Source of the DNA: an uncultured Candidatus Rokubacteria bacterium
Lineage (GTDB): Bacteria > Methylomirabilota > Methylomirabilia > Rokubacteriales > DASRDR01
Assembly (NCBI GenBank): GCA_963805625.1
Contig: CAWDVE010000010.1
Coordinates: 1,024,001-1,088,000, forward strand
DNA: 64,000 nt
Direction of reading: 5' to 3'
Part shown: one piece after another, positions 1 to 11,180 of the stretch
Position numbering within the stretch: position 1 is the stretch's first letter
Layout: every line of letters begins with the position of its first letter
Notes under the pieces: model-generated
What the model saw: the letters and a program-made list of their open reading frames with translations, nothing else
Database searches by the model: none
Told to the model about the DNA's origin: nothing
Program-made: the position numbers and the translations under genes

Positions 1-2
1 CG

Positions 3-587
3 GCGGCGGTCCAGCTCGAGGACCAGGTGATGCCCAAGAAGTGCGGGCATCTTTCCGACAAACGCCTGGTCGCGCCCGAGGAGATGGCGCGGAAGGTCGC
101 GGGGGCCGCGCGGGCGGCGCGTCACCTCCGGATCGTCGCCCGGACGGATGCCGTGGAGCTCGAGGGCCTCGACAAGGCGATCGCGCGAGCGCGACTCTAC
201 CGGGAGGCCGGAGCGCACGTGATCTTTCCCGAGGCCCTTCGGACCGCCGACGAGCTCCGGGCCTTCGTCGACGCGGTCCCGGGGCCGCTCCTCGCCAACA
301 TGACGGACTTCGGTCGGACGCCGCTCCTCCCCGCCGACGAGCTCGCCCGCCTCGGCTACAAGCTGGTGATCTGGCCCGTCTCGGCCCTGCGGGTGGCCGC
401 CGGCGCGATGGCCGCCTTCTACGCGGACCTGGCGCGGACCGGCACCCAGGCCGGGTGGGTCGACCGGATGCAGACACGACGCGAGCTGTACCAGCTGATC
501 GGCTACCACGACTACGAGGCGCTCGACGACAGCATCGCCCGGAGCGCCCTCCCCGACGAGCGGCGCGGCCAACATGGAGGTCCATAG
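3..587 (+). CDS. prpB: 2-methylisocitrate lyase (5'-truncated by window edge)
   Basis: QLEDQVMPKKCGH isocitrate-lyase-family catalytic motif, plus ARTDA and IFPEA; overlaps the start of prpD. Confidence 0.9.
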   Translation, partial: AAVQLEDQVMPKKCGHLSDKRLVAPEEMARKVAGAARAARHLRIVARTDAVELEGLDKAIARARLYREAGAHVIFPEALRTADELRAFVDAVPGPLLANMTDFGRTPLLPADELARLGYKLVIWPVSALRVAAGAMAAFYADLARTGTQAGWVDRMQTRRELYQLIGYHDYEALDDSIARSALPDERRGQHGGP

Positions 588-2094
588 GATCCGCGTCCAC
601 CCGGCGGCCGCGCGCCTCCCACGAGAGGGCCAGCTCGCCTGGAAGCTCGCCGCCTTCGCGGTGGCGGCCCCCGCCGCGGGTGTCGATGCCGACGTCGCCG
701 AGATGGTCGCCTGTCGCGTCATCGACAACGCGTCGGTCTCCCTCGCCGCCATCGACCGGGCACCCGTGGCCGCGGCGCGCGCCATGGCGCTCGCGCATCC
801 GCGCGCAAGCGGGGCGACACTCTACGGGCTTCCTGCGACGACCACCGTCCACGCGGAGTGGGCGGCGTGGGCGAACGGCACGGCCGCCCGGGAGCTCGAC
901 TTCCACGACACCTTCCTCGCCGCCGACTACGCGCACCCCGCGGACAGCATCCCGCCCCTCATCGCCGTCGCCCAGCAGAAGGGCGTGGACGGCGCGCGCC
1001 TCCTCGCCGCCATCGCTGCCGCCTACGAGGTGCACGTGAGCCTCGTCAAGGGGATCTCGCTCCACGCACAGAAGAAGGACCACGTGGCCCACCTGGCGCC
1101 GGCGATCGCCGCCGGGCTCGGTGCGCTTCTCGGTCTCGAGACCGCTGTCGTCTACCAGGCGATCAACCAGGCGGTGCATCTCGGCTTCTCGACGCGCCAG
1201 TCGCGGAAGGGCGAGATCACCTCGTGGAAGGCGTCCGCCCCTGCCTGGGCGGGAAAGCTCGCCATCGAGGCAGCGGACCGCGCAATACGGGGCGAAGGCG
1301 CCCCGAACCCCATCTACGAGGGCGAGGACGGCGTGATCGCCTGGATGCTGGCCGGCCCGGACGCCGAGTACGCGGTCCCCCTGCCGGCGCCGGGCGAGCG
1401 TCCCCGCGGGATCCTCGAGACCTACCCGAAGGCGCACTCCGCGGAGTACCAGGCCCAGGCGTTGATCGACCTCGCGTTCGATCTCCGGCGCCGCATCGCC
1501 TCGGGAAGCTGGCCGCGAGTGCGTGAGGTCGTCGTCCGCACGAGCCACCACACGCACACGGTCATCGGCTCCGGCTCGAACGACCCCGAGAAATACGACC
1601 CCGGCGCCTCGCGGGAGACGCTCGATCACTCGATCATGTACATCCTCGCGGTCGCCCTCGAGGACGGCAGCTGGCACCACGTCGACTCCTACCTGCCTGA
1701 GCGCGCGCACCGTCCCTCCACGCTGGCCCTCTGGCGGAAGATCCGGACCGTGGAAGACCCCGTCTGGACGGCGCGCTACCACGACCCGGATTCGGCGCGG
1801 AAGGCGTTCGGCGGCCGCGTCGACGTCACGCTCGACGACGGCAGCGTCGTGAGCGAGGAGCGCCTCGTCGCGGACGCGCACCCGAACGGCCGGCGCCCCT
1901 GGCGATGGCCGGACTACCTGGGAAAGCTCGAGCAGCTGACCGACGGGCGCCTGCCGCGGAACGCCCGAGAGCGGCTGATCGACCTCGCGGGACGCCTCGG
2001 GCGGCTCTCGCCCGACGAGGTTCGCCAGCTCAACCCGCCGCTGCCGGCGGGCACCGTCCTGCCGGATCGCCCGGACGGGCGCGGCATCTTCTAG
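574..2094 (+). CDS. prpD: MmgE/PrpD family 2-methylcitrate dehydratase
   Basis: ARELDFHDTFLAADYAHP, RQSRKGEITSWK, ETLDHS motifs; follows prpB. Confidence 0.9.
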   Translation: MEVHRIRVHPAAARLPREGQLAWKLAAFAVAAPAAGVDADVAEMVACRVIDNASVSLAAIDRAPVAAARAMALAHPRASGATLYGLPATTTVHAEWAAWANGTAARELDFHDTFLAADYAHPADSIPPLIAVAQQKGVDGARLLAAIAAAYEVHVSLVKGISLHAQKKDHVAHLAPAIAAGLGALLGLETAVVYQAINQAVHLGFSTRQSRKGEITSWKASAPAWAGKLAIEAADRAIRGEGAPNPIYEGEDGVIAWMLAGPDAEYAVPLPAPGERPRGILETYPKAHSAEYQAQALIDLAFDLRRRIASGSWPRVREVVVRTSHHTHTVIGSGSNDPEKYDPGASRETLDHSIMYILAVALEDGSWHHVDSYLPERAHRPSTLALWRKIRTVEDPVWTARYHDPDSARKAFGGRVDVTLDDGSVVSEERLVADAHPNGRRPWRWPDYLGKLEQLTDGRLPRNARERLIDLAGRLGRLSPDEVRQLNPPLPAGTVLPDRPDGRGIF

Positions 2095-2216
2095 CCCCGA
2101 CGCCGAGCTGCGGGCAGGCCGCGCGCCCGGCAAGCCGCGTGCGGTAGAATGAGGCGCACGGAACGCCTGCCAACTTCAGTCGACTCTCCAACGGAGGCCA
2201 ACGGAGGATACTGCCG

Positions 2217-3176
2217 ATGAGAATGAGAAAGGGAACGCTCGCGCTCCTCACGCTCGCCGCTTTGGCGCCGCTCCTGGCGCTCGCGGCTGAGCCCATCAAG
2301 CTCATGGTCCCCGCCAATCCGGGCGGCGGCTGGGACGCGACCGGGCGCGCCGTCCTCACGGCACTCGAGGCCGAGGGCATCCACAAGGCCGGCGCCCAGG
2401 TCACGAACAAGGGCGGGGCGGGCGGCACGATCGGCCTCGCCGAGTTCGTAAGCTCCATGAAGGGCAACGACAACGCCATGATGGTCATGGGCGCGATCAT
2501 GGTCGGCGGGATCCTCACGAACAAGTCGCCCGTGACTCTCGACCAGGTCGTCCCGCTCGCCCGGCTCACGATCGAGTACAACGCGATCGCGGTCGCGCCG
2601 AGCTCGCCCTTCAAGACGGTGAAGGACCTCGTCGACGCGCTGAAGGCCGACCCCGGCAAGGTGTCGATGGGCGGCGGCTCGGCGGGCGGCGTCGACCACA
2701 TCACGCTCGCGCTCATCGGGCAATCGGCGGGCGTCCCCGCGGCCAAGCTCAACTACGTCCCCTTCCAGGGCGGGGGCGAGATGATCGCGGCCGTCGCGGG
2801 CGGCAAGCTCGCCGCGGCGATCTCCGGGGCATCGGAGTTCAAGCAGTACGTCGACACGGGACGGCTCCGCCTGCTCGCCGTCACGTCCGACGCGCGCCTG
2901 GCAGGCGTGAACGCCCCGACGCTCAAGGAGTCCGGCGTCAACGTCGTCATCGGGAACTGGCGCGGCCTGGTCGGACCTCCGGGCATGTCGGCCGGCGGCC
3001 GCTCGACCATGATCGCGATGCTCGACAAGATGCACCCCTCGAAGGCCTGGCAGGAGACGCTCAAGAAGCAGGGGTGGGACGACGCGTACCTTTCGGGCGA
3101 GGCGTTCGGCGGATTCCTGAAGGAGGAAAACGTCCGGATCGCCGCCGTGCTCAAGGAGGTTGGTCTCGTCAAGTAA
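2217..3176 (+). CDS. tctC: Tripartite tricarboxylate transporter substrate-binding protein (Bug/TctC)
   Basis: Signal peptide, VPANPGGGWD, NKGGAGG, NWRG motifs. Confidence 0.92.
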   Translation: MRMRKGTLALLTLAALAPLLALAAEPIKLMVPANPGGGWDATGRAVLTALEAEGIHKAGAQVTNKGGAGGTIGLAEFVSSMKGNDNAMMVMGAIMVGGILTNKSPVTLDQVVPLARLTIEYNAIAVAPSSPFKTVKDLVDALKADPGKVSMGGGSAGGVDHITLALIGQSAGVPAAKLNYVPFQGGGEMIAAVAGGKLAAAISGASEFKQYVDTGRLRLLAVTSDARLAGVNAPTLKESGVNVVIGNWRGLVGPPGMSAGGRSTMIAMLDKMHPSKAWQETLKKQGWDDAYLSGEAFGGFLKEENVRIAAVLKEVGLVK

Positions 3177-3282
3177 CCGGTGTTCCTCGGATCGCCGCGA
3201 CGCCTCGGGCCTCGGGCGCTCGTGACGTCGCGTGCCTCCGGGGGCCGGGCATGAACACGGATCCGGCGCGGAAGCTGACCCG

Positions 3283-3819
3283 GTGAGCGGTCCCACCGAG
3301 GCGGCTCCCGCGCCGGGGACACCGCCGGCCCGAGGCGGCCGGACGCCGTCCCGCCCCTGGTGGCTCGGCGCCGCCGTCATCGCCTGGGGCCTCGTCTGGC
3401 TCTACGGGGCGCTGTCCCTCCCGCAGGCCGCCACCTACGCCGTCGTCGGACCCGGCTTCTTTCCGGCCGTCATCGGCACCGGGCTCGTCCTCCTGGGCAT
3501 CCTGCTCCTCGTCGCCGTCGCCCGCCGGGAGAGCTTCAAGCCCCAGGAGGCGGAGGACGCCGACGTAAGCCGGCCTCCCTCACGGGCGGCGTTCTGGATG
3601 ACCGTCGCCGCCGGCGTGATCCCGGTCTTCGTCATCCGCTCGCTCGGGTTCCCCGTCGCGGCCGCCCTCGCCTTCGCGCTCACCGCGCGGGCGTTCGGAT
3701 CGCGCCGCCTTCTCCTGGATCTCGGCGTCGGCCTCCTCCTCGGCGTCGCGTGCTGGCTCCTCTTCTCACGACTCCTCGGCCTGTCCCTGCCCGGATTCCC
3801 CGCGCTCGGAGTGACATGA
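3283..3819 (+). CDS. tctB: Tripartite tricarboxylate transporter small membrane subunit
   Basis: Four hydrophobic segments, GPGFFP and LGLSLP motifs, lies between tctC and tctA; GTG start chosen by inspection. Confidence 0.85.
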   Translation: MSGPTEAAPAPGTPPARGGRTPSRPWWLGAAVIAWGLVWLYGALSLPQAATYAVVGPGFFPAVIGTGLVLLGILLLVAVARRESFKPQEAEDADVSRPPSRAAFWMTVAAGVIPVFVIRSLGFPVAAALAFALTARAFGSRRLLLDLGVGLLLGVACWLLFSRLLGLSLPGFPALGVT

Positions 3820-3915
3820 GCCCACAGGCCGCCACAGGCCGAAGGCTGTCCGATCGGGCCCGTCCGATCGGATCCGTCCAATCAACTCCCGCGGCGCCAG
3901 GATAGCGTAGCGAGC

Positions 3916-5403
3916 GTGGACGCCCTTCAGCAGCTCGCCCACGGCTTCGCGGTGGCGTTCTCGCCGCTGAACCTCTTCTGGGCGCTCGTGGGCTCGGTCC
4001 TCGGAACGGCGATCGGCGTCCTGCCCGGCATCGGCCCCGCGCTGACGATCGCCCTCCTCCTTCCGGTGACGACGCAGATGAACCCGACCGGCGCGTTCAT
4101 CATGTTCGCGGGCATCCTCTACGGCGCGATGTACGGCGGATCGACGACGTCGATCCTGCTGAACACGCCGGGCGAGAGCGGCGCGATCATGACGGCGCTC
4201 GAGGGCAACCGCATGGCCCGGCGGGGCCGCGGGGCCGCCGCTCTCGCCACCGCAGCGATCGGGTCGTTCGTCGCCGGCACCCTCGCCACCATCGCGCTGA
4301 CGTTCGCGGCGCCGACGGTGGCCGAGCTCGCCTTCGTCTTCGGCCCGGCGGACTACTTCGCGCTCATGGTGATCGCCTTCACGTCGGTCTCATGCGTCCT
4401 CGGCTCGTCGCGGGTCCGCGGCTTCGTGTCCTTGTTCATCGGCTTGGCCCTCGGGGTCATGGGCATCGACGCCCAGACGGGACAGGCGCGGCTGACGTTC
4501 GGATCGCCCGAGCTACTGGACGGGATGGAGCTGGTGGTCGTGCTGGTCGGCCTCTTCGCGATCGGCGAGACGATCTACGTGGCAAGCCGGTACGGGGGCG
4601 GCGCGCTCCTCCTGAATCCCTTGGCTGGCGGCCTGTGGATGACTCGCGAGGACTGGCGCCGCTCGTGGAAGCCGTGGCTCCGGGGCACGCTCCTCGGCTT
4701 CCCGATCGGAGCGCTCCCCGCCGGCGGCTCGGAGATCCCGACGTTCCTCTCCTACATGATCGAGCGGCGCCTCGCGCCGAAGCGCGAGGAGTTCGGCCGC
4801 GAGGGCGCGATCGAGGGCGTGGCCGGACCCGAGGCGGCCAACAACGCCGCGGCGGCCGGCGTCCTGGTTCCCCTCCTCACGCTCGGCCTGCCGACCTCCG
4901 CGACCGCCGCGATCCTGCTCGCCGCCTTCCAGAACTACGGGCTCCAGCCAGGTCCCTATCTGTTCCTGAACAACCCCGACCTCGTGTGGGGCCTCATCGC
5001 GTCGCTCTACATCGGGAACGTCATGCTGCTGGTGCTGAACCTGCCTCTGGTCGGTATCTGGGTACGCCTCCTCCTGATCCCCCGCCCCTGGCTCTACGGC
5101 GGCATCATGGTCTTCGGCATCGTCGGTGTGTACGGGCTCGGCGCCTCGGAGCTCGACCTCGCCCTCATGGTCCTGATCGGCCTCGCCGGCTACGCGATGC
5201 GGGTCTACGACTTCCCGATCGCGCCGGCGCTCCTCGGCATGATCCTCGGCCCGATGGCCGAGACCCAGCTCCGGCGGGCTCTGGCCATCGGCCAGGGGTC
5301 CCCGTGGACGCTCGTCGAGTCCCCGCTCTCGGCGACGCTCCTCCTCCTGGCGATGGCGGTGCTGCTGCTCCCCACCGTGCTCCGGCGCCTCCGCCCGGCC
5401 TGA
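3916..5403 (+). CDS. tctA: Tripartite tricarboxylate transporter large permease
   Basis: [23 protein letters not shown] motifs. Confidence 0.95.
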   Translation: MDALQQLAHGFAVAFSPLNLFWALVGSVLGTAIGVLPGIGPALTIALLLPVTTQMNPTGAFIMFAGILYGAMYGGSTTSILLNTPGESGAIMTALEGNRMARRGRGAAALATAAIGSFVAGTLATIALTFAAPTVAELAFVFGPADYFALMVIAFTSVSCVLGSSRVRGFVSLFIGLALGVMGIDAQTGQARLTFGSPELLDGMELVVVLVGLFAIGETIYVASRYGGGALLLNPLAGGLWMTREDWRRSWKPWLRGTLLGFPIGALPAGGSEIPTFLSYMIERRLAPKREEFGREGAIEGVAGPEAANNAAAAGVLVPLLTLGLPTSATAAILLAAFQNYGLQPGPYLFLNNPDLVWGLIASLYIGNVMLLVLNLPLVGIWVRLLLIPRPWLYGGIMVFGIVGVYGLGASELDLALMVLIGLAGYAMRVYDFPIAPALLGMILGPMAETQLRRALAIGQGSPWTLVESPLSATLLLLAMAVLLLPTVLRRLRPA

Positions 5404-5415
5404 GAAGAGGATCCC

Positions 5416-7008
5416 GTGTCGACCGTGGCCTACTTCTCGATGGAGTTCGGGCTCCACGAGGAGTTCCCGTCCTACTCCGGGGGCCTGGGCGTGCTCGCCG
5501 GCGACTTCCTCAAGGGAGCCCACGACCTCGCGCTGCCCGTGGTCGGGGTGGGGCTCCGCTGGGCGGAGGGCTACACGACGCAGCGGCTCGACGCCTCGGA
5601 CGAGCCCGCAGACGAGTGGCACGAGCATCACCCGAACTTCCTCGACGACACCGGCGTCCGCGTTCGGGTCCGCGTGGCCGGACGCGGCGTCGAGTGCCGC
5701 GTGTGGCGCGTGGGCCGCTACGCGATCGTGCCTCTCTACCTCCTGGAGCCGACCGATCAGCGGGACCGGTGGATCACGCGCCGGCTGTACGACCCCCGCC
5801 CCGACTGCCGCATCGCCCAGGAAATGCTCCTCGGAATCGGAGGGGCGCGGGCCCTCAGGCAGCTCCACCCGGAGGTCCGCACCTATCACTTCAACGAGGG
5901 GCACGCCGTGTTCGCGGGCGTGGAGCTGATCGCGGCCCAGATGGAGGACGGGGCGAGCTTCGAGGCCGCCTGGCGCGCGGCGCGGGAGCGCGTCGTCTTC
6001 ACCACCCACACGCCGGTTCCGGCCGGGAACGAGATCCACTCGCTCGCCGACATCCTGCGCCTCGGCGCCGGATGCGAGCTCGTCGCCGCCGAACTCCGCC
6101 AGCTGGGCGGCGACCCGTTCAACATGACGGCGGCCGGGCTCCGGCTGGCGCGTCGGGCGAACGCCGTGTCCGAGCGCCACGGCCAGACCGCCCGGGCCAT
6201 GTGGGCCGACGTCCGCGATGCGGCGCCGATCATCGCCGTCACGAACGGCGTGCACGTGCCCACCTGGCAGGACCCGCGCATGGCGGACGCGCTCGCGAGC
6301 GACGAGCCGCTCGAGACCCTCCGCCGGGAGCTCAAGGTCGAGCTCCTGACCGTGATTGAGCGGCGCACCGGCATGCGGCTCTCCCCCGACGTCCTGACCG
6401 TGGCGGTGGCGCGACGCGCGGCGACCTACAAGCGCCCCGACCTCGTGCTCAGCGACGTCGAGCGGATCGGGCGCCTCCTGAAAGGCCGGCAGCTCCAGCT
6501 CGTTTTTGCCGGCAAGGCGCACCCCGCCGACCGGGCTGGCAAGGCGATGGTGACGCGGCTGGTCCGGACGATCCGCCAGTGGCCGGATGCCGCCGTCTTC
6601 CTGGAGAACTACGACATGGGGCTCGCGCGGCTCCTCACGCGCGGGACCGACGTGTGGCTCAACACGCCGCGGCCCCCTCTCGAGGCGAGCGGCACGTCGG
6701 GGATGAAGGCCGCGCTCAACGGGGTGCTCCACTGCTCCACCCTCGACGGCTGGTGGCCCGAGGGATGCGAGCACGGCGTGACGGGATGGGCGATCGGCGA
6801 TGGGGCGGAGGGCGAGCCGTCCGAGGAGCACGACGCGCGCGATCACGCCTCGCTCCTCCGCATCATCGAGGAGGAGATGCTGCCCGCCTACGCGGACCGT
6901 CCCCGGTGGCTCGCGATGATGCGGGCGTCGGTCCGCATGGCCGCCGGGCGCTTCTCCGCCGAGCGCATGGTGCGCGACTACTTCGCCCGCCTCTACGCGG
7001 ACGCCTGA
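5416..7008 (+). CDS. glgP: Alpha-glucan (glycogen/starch) phosphorylase, compact form
   Basis: YFSMEFG, YSGGLGVLAGD, HFNEGH, EASGTSGMK (PLP lysine) motifs. Confidence 0.92.
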   Translation: MSTVAYFSMEFGLHEEFPSYSGGLGVLAGDFLKGAHDLALPVVGVGLRWAEGYTTQRLDASDEPADEWHEHHPNFLDDTGVRVRVRVAGRGVECRVWRVGRYAIVPLYLLEPTDQRDRWITRRLYDPRPDCRIAQEMLLGIGGARALRQLHPEVRTYHFNEGHAVFAGVELIAAQMEDGASFEAAWRAARERVVFTTHTPVPAGNEIHSLADILRLGAGCELVAAELRQLGGDPFNMTAAGLRLARRANAVSERHGQTARAMWADVRDAAPIIAVTNGVHVPTWQDPRMADALASDEPLETLRRELKVELLTVIERRTGMRLSPDVLTVAVARRAATYKRPDLVLSDVERIGRLLKGRQLQLVFAGKAHPADRAGKAMVTRLVRTIRQWPDAAVFLENYDMGLARLLTRGTDVWLNTPRPPLEASGTSGMKAALNGVLHCSTLDGWWPEGCEHGVTGWAIGDGAEGEPSEEHDARDHASLLRIIEEEMLPAYADRPRWLAMMRASVRMAAGRFSAERMVRDYFARLYADA

Positions 7009-7036
7009 CGGCGCCCGCGCTCCCGGACCCGGGCCG

Positions 7037-7825
7037 TTGACGACGGGCGATCTCGACCAGCCGCTTCGCGACGCCTTCCGGTTCGAGGCCGCCGATCTCG
7101 CCGCGAACCGTGCGGGCCGGCTCTCTCCGCGCCAGACGGCGCTCCTCCACGCGGGCCGGAGGGGCATGCAGCTGTCGCTCGCGGTTTTCGTGGCCGTGAT
7201 GCTCGGCAGCGTGGGCCTCGTGGCCTTCTTCAGCGGGCGCCTTCACACCCCAGGGGGCTCTCTGAGCGGCGTCGGGGTGGCGGCGGGCGTCGGCCTGGCC
7301 GTCGTGCTGGTGGGATATCTCCTGAGTCGCCCGTATCTCTGGGCGGTCCGCTCCCCGCAGCTCAGGGTAGCGCGAGGCCCGGTCGGGATCGTCTCCGACG
7401 CCCTCGACGACTGCCGAGTCCGGATCGGCGGGACCGAGCTGCGTCTGCCGGACGCGGACGCACTGCCGGCCTTCCAGGCGGGAGTCGAGTACCGCGTGTT
7501 CTATCTGGCCGGTCCCGTGGCAACCGTCCTCTCCGGGGAAGCCCTCTCCGGCGGAGGGGCATCCCGGGAGCCCGGCCCGGACGCCGAAACCGATGCGGCA
7601 GAGCGCGCCGGGGCGAGCGTCCAGATTGGCCAGGTCAGGCGCGCCTACCTGATCGTCGTCCTACTGGGAATCCTGGCGCTCGGCATTCCCCTGGCCGGCG
7701 TCCTCGCGGGCGACCTGCCGGCCCGCTTCCGCCCCCTCGCGTGGATCGGCCTCTTCGCCGTCGCCAGCGGGTTCGTCTGGCTCGCCCTCGCCTGGCTCAC
7801 CCCCGGGAAGCGCCGCCGGTCCTGA
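7037..7825 (+). CDS. Hypothetical membrane protein
   Basis: 262-aa ORF with four hydrophobic segments; no recognised motif. Confidence 0.65.
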   Translation: MTTGDLDQPLRDAFRFEAADLAANRAGRLSPRQTALLHAGRRGMQLSLAVFVAVMLGSVGLVAFFSGRLHTPGGSLSGVGVAAGVGLAVVLVGYLLSRPYLWAVRSPQLRVARGPVGIVSDALDDCRVRIGGTELRLPDADALPAFQAGVEYRVFYLAGPVATVLSGEALSGGGASREPGPDAETDAAERAGASVQIGQVRRAYLIVVLLGILALGIPLAGVLAGDLPARFRPLAWIGLFAVASGFVWLALAWLTPGKRRRS

Positions 7826-7870
7826 GCACCCGAGCAGCAGCTCCAGCGGCCGGAGCTGGCCGGCAACCGG

Positions 7871-8908
7871 CTACCCGCGTCGCGCCGCGAACGCGAACGT
7901 GATGTCGGGCACGTGGGGACGCGCCGTGACCTCGACGAAGCCCGCGTCGGACATCGCCCGCGTGATCCCCTCCACCGTGTGGGGGTGCGTCGAGGCCGAG
8001 ATCGCCAGGTTCGCGAAGTACCAGAGGGCGGCGTTGCGCGGCCCGGGGCGGTCCCCGTGGAGGGCGAAGTCGTGGATGACGAGTCCCCCTCCGGGCGGGA
8101 GATACGCGTGGGCGCGGGCCAGGAGGTCTCGCAGGACCGGCGGACCGTAGGAGCTCACTACGTACGAGAGGAGGATGAGGTCCGCCCCCTCCGGCCAGGC
8201 CCCGGTGACGACGTCCCCTGGCACGCAGCGGATCCGGTCCGCGAGGCCCGCCTCCCCGACGATCTTCCGGGCTACGGCGACCACCGCGGGATGGTCGACG
8301 ACGATCGCCGATAGCCCGTGCCGCCGCACCATCTCGATCGCGAAGACGCCCGAGCCGCCCCCGAGATCCAGGAGATTGGTGAACCGCGCGACGTCGGGCG
8401 TCTTCGCGAGGAGATACGCAGGACCGGACGAGCCCGCGTGCTGACCGCGGATGAACTCCTCCGTCCGGACAGGATCGTCGAGGAAGCCGGCGTAGGTCGC
8501 CCCGCCGGCTCCGCCCCGCACGACGGCACGGGCGGCCGGGACCTGGGAATAGAGAGTGGCGGCGATCTGGCGCAGGTAGTAGTCGCCCATGTAGCCGCGC
8601 GCGTGACGCACCAGGTACCGGTCCGCCGCCGCGCTGTTCCGGTAGCGGTCTCCGTCCCGCTCGAGCAGGTCCGTCGCCACGCACGCCTCGAGGAGGGCGA
8701 GGAGCGGCCGCGGCTCGGTGCCGAGCCGCTGCGCCAGCTCGGCGATCGATGCGGGACCGGCCGTCAGCTCGGTGAAGAGACCGACCTCGAGGGCGGCGAA
8801 GAGCGCCTGCGAGCCCATGAAGCCGTACGCGACCGACGAGATGGCCATGACGCCGTCGTCGTGTCGAGCGGCCGAAGGGCGGTCGCGCGAGTCGTCCGGC
8901 CGTGTCAC
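7871..8908 (-). CDS. SAM-dependent O-methyltransferase with N-terminal dimerisation domain
   Basis: SQALFAALEVGLF dimerisation helix, LLDLGGGSG SAM motif; start (GTG 8908 or ATG 8848) uncertain. Confidence 0.85.
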   Translation of the reverse strand: MTRPDDSRDRPSAARHDDGVMAISSVAYGFMGSQALFAALEVGLFTELTAGPASIAELAQRLGTEPRPLLALLEACVATDLLERDGDRYRNSAAADRYLVRHARGYMGDYYLRQIAATLYSQVPAARAVVRGGAGGATYAGFLDDPVRTEEFIRGQHAGSSGPAYLLAKTPDVARFTNLLDLGGGSGVFAIEMVRRHGLSAIVVDHPAVVAVARKIVGEAGLADRIRCVPGDVVTGAWPEGADLILLSYVVSSYGPPVLRDLLARAHAYLPPGGGLVIHDFALHGDRPGPRNAALWYFANLAISASTHPHTVEGITRAMSDAGFVEVTARPHVPDITFAFAARRG

Positions 8909-9122
8909 CACGGCGAGAGCGTAGGCGGGCCTGCGCGAGGCGTCAACCGTACGGCCTCGTGCACGGGTGGCGCACGGCCTGGCATCCGGCGAGACGGCGC
9001 CTGTCAATGAGGGAACGAGACACCCGGGTCCACAGATTCGTGCAAGGAGAGATAGGGGGCCCTGGCCTTGACCTACCCAGACTTCTGCCACTCCGGTTGG
9101 GAGTCCGGCTCGCTCGGGCCGT

Positions 9123-11017
9123 TCAGGGGTCTCTCTCTCTCTCGGGCGGCCCCAGCTCCGTCTCCACCTGCGTCAGGTAGAAGCCCATGTCCATCTCACG
9201 GTACATCTTGGCGGCGACTGCGAGGTGCCCGTCGGTCTCTCCCCCGTCGGTCGTGCGGCGATAGAGTTTGCCGAGGCCGAGGTGGCAGTGGGCGGCGAGG
9301 GGGCGCATGCCGAGCTCGTCGGCGAGAACGAGGGCCTCGCGATAGTGGCCCTCGGCGCCCTCGGCGTCGGACGGATCGCCCTGGGAGCCGATCTCACCCA
9401 GGAGCCGGAGCGCATAGGTTTCGTGACCCCGCTGTCCCAGTTCGCGCGTCAGGGCCAGGGCCCGCCCGCCCGACACCCGCGCATCGTCCAGTCGGCCGGC
9501 GACGAGGTACGCCTCGCCGACGTCCACGAGAAACTTCGACAGATATATGCCCGTCCCAAAGGGTTGGCGAGCCTCCTCGGCCGAGCGTAGCAGGTCGAGG
9601 CCCTCCTCCACACGCCCCGACCGGACGAGGACATGACCCAGGGCACCGCCGTTGTGCACCGTCAGACTGAGAATGTGGGCCTCACGCGACACCGCGAGTC
9701 CGCGCTCGAGCAGCCGGACCGCCTCGCCAAAATCCCCCTTGAGCCCGTGCAGGTACCCAAGCAACCAGAATGCATGGCCCGCGCTGGCGGCGTGACCCAG
9801 CGCCTCGGCAAGGCGGATCGCTTCCTGCCCGTGCACGAGACCATGCGAGAAGGCGCCGCGCTCTGCCAGGGCTCGCGTCAGGAGGCAGCACCGCCGGAAA
9901 CCCGTAGAGGCCACAGCGCTCGTGAGCCAGATCGCCGTCGAGCGACTGCACGACCTCTCCGAGCAGCTCCTCGGCCTGCCGATAGTCACCGCCGTCAACG
10001 CAGGCCGTACCGAGCAGGTAGCTCGCCGCGATCTGGAGTGGGACGTCCCCGATCGTCTGGCCGATCGCACGCGCTTGCTCGGCGGACACGCGCTGGGGCT
10101 TGGTGTCATCCATGCCGAAGAAATTCTGGCTCATGTGGAGATAGACCCACCCGAGCCGCCGGGGCTCATCGAGCACCCGCGTCAGGCGTTCGGCCTGGCC
10201 GAGCAGCTCGGCGCATCGCCCGAGCTCTCCGAGCATGTAGTGCACGTTGCGAAGATCGAACCGCAGATCGATGCCCTGCTCGACCGTCTCGCGGGTCTCC
10301 GGCAAATGCGCCAGGGCCTCGAGCGCCTGCTCGAAGCAGATGGCCGAATCCCGGTTGGCCGATCGCGCGAACGCCTTGGCCCCCGCCTGCCGGAGGTAGG
10401 CGACTCCCCGCTCCCAGAGCTCGCCTCGGAAGGCGTGGTGGGCCAGCTGTTCGACGTTCTCGGTCAGCCGATCGGGGTGGAGCGCCTCGATGGTATGGGC
10501 GATCCTTGCATGCAGGGTCCGCCGCCGATCATGCAGCACGCTCCCGTACGCGACCTCGTGGGTGAATGCGTGCTTGAAGGTGTACTCGAGATCCGGGAAA
10601 AGACTCGTCTCGTACAGGAATTCGGCCGCCTGTAGGTGGCTGAGCACCAGGCGAAACGTGTCCTCCGGCGTGTCCGCGATGGCGTGGAGGAGCGCGAACG
10701 GCACGTCCTTTCCGATGACGGATACGGTGCCCTCGTAGTGATGGACGGCCTCCATCATCCGCTCCAGCACGGGGTCGAGCACCTTGCGCGCCTCCTCGGG
10801 GTCCCGGTCAGCGAGCAGCTCCATCGAGCCCTTCAGGTCGGCGAAGAGGACAGTCACGTGCTTGCGCTCACCCTCCAGCGCGCTCTTGGAGGTGAGGATC
10901 TTCTCGGCGAGGTGTTTTGGCGTGTAGGCCTCAGGGGCATCGAAGCGCTGAGCCGGAGGCGGCCTCGCAAAACTTCGCGCCCGCCTCGTTTTCGTGCTGG
11001 CACCGGGGACAGTTCAT
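9123..11017 (-). pseudogene. Collapsed zinc-ribbon/adenylate-guanylate cyclase/AAA/TPR gene
   Basis: ATG 11017 encodes MNCPRCQHENEAGAKFCE and then shifts frame; cyclase start TVLFADLKGS...YEGTV is joined directly to post-ATPase SVIGKDVPF near 10725; second frameshift near 9886 into the TPR tail. Confidence 0.85.
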
Positions 11018-11180
11018 CGGCCGGCCTCTCTCTTATGCAGGGCGGCTAGTATATGCCAGACCCGGGGTGGACCGAGCGTGATCCTTGATCGCCCTCGACA
11101 CCAAGCTCCAAGGAGGCCCCACTGCCCGCTCGTATGGCAACGAGGGTAGCCCGCGGGCCGGCGCGCCGATCAGCGCGTCG

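Noticed and set aside
4513-7167. Long antisense or alternative-frame ORFs (also 33802-36801, 61204-63306 and others)
   Set aside because: Arg/Pro/Gly-rich shadows of real genes, expected at this GC content
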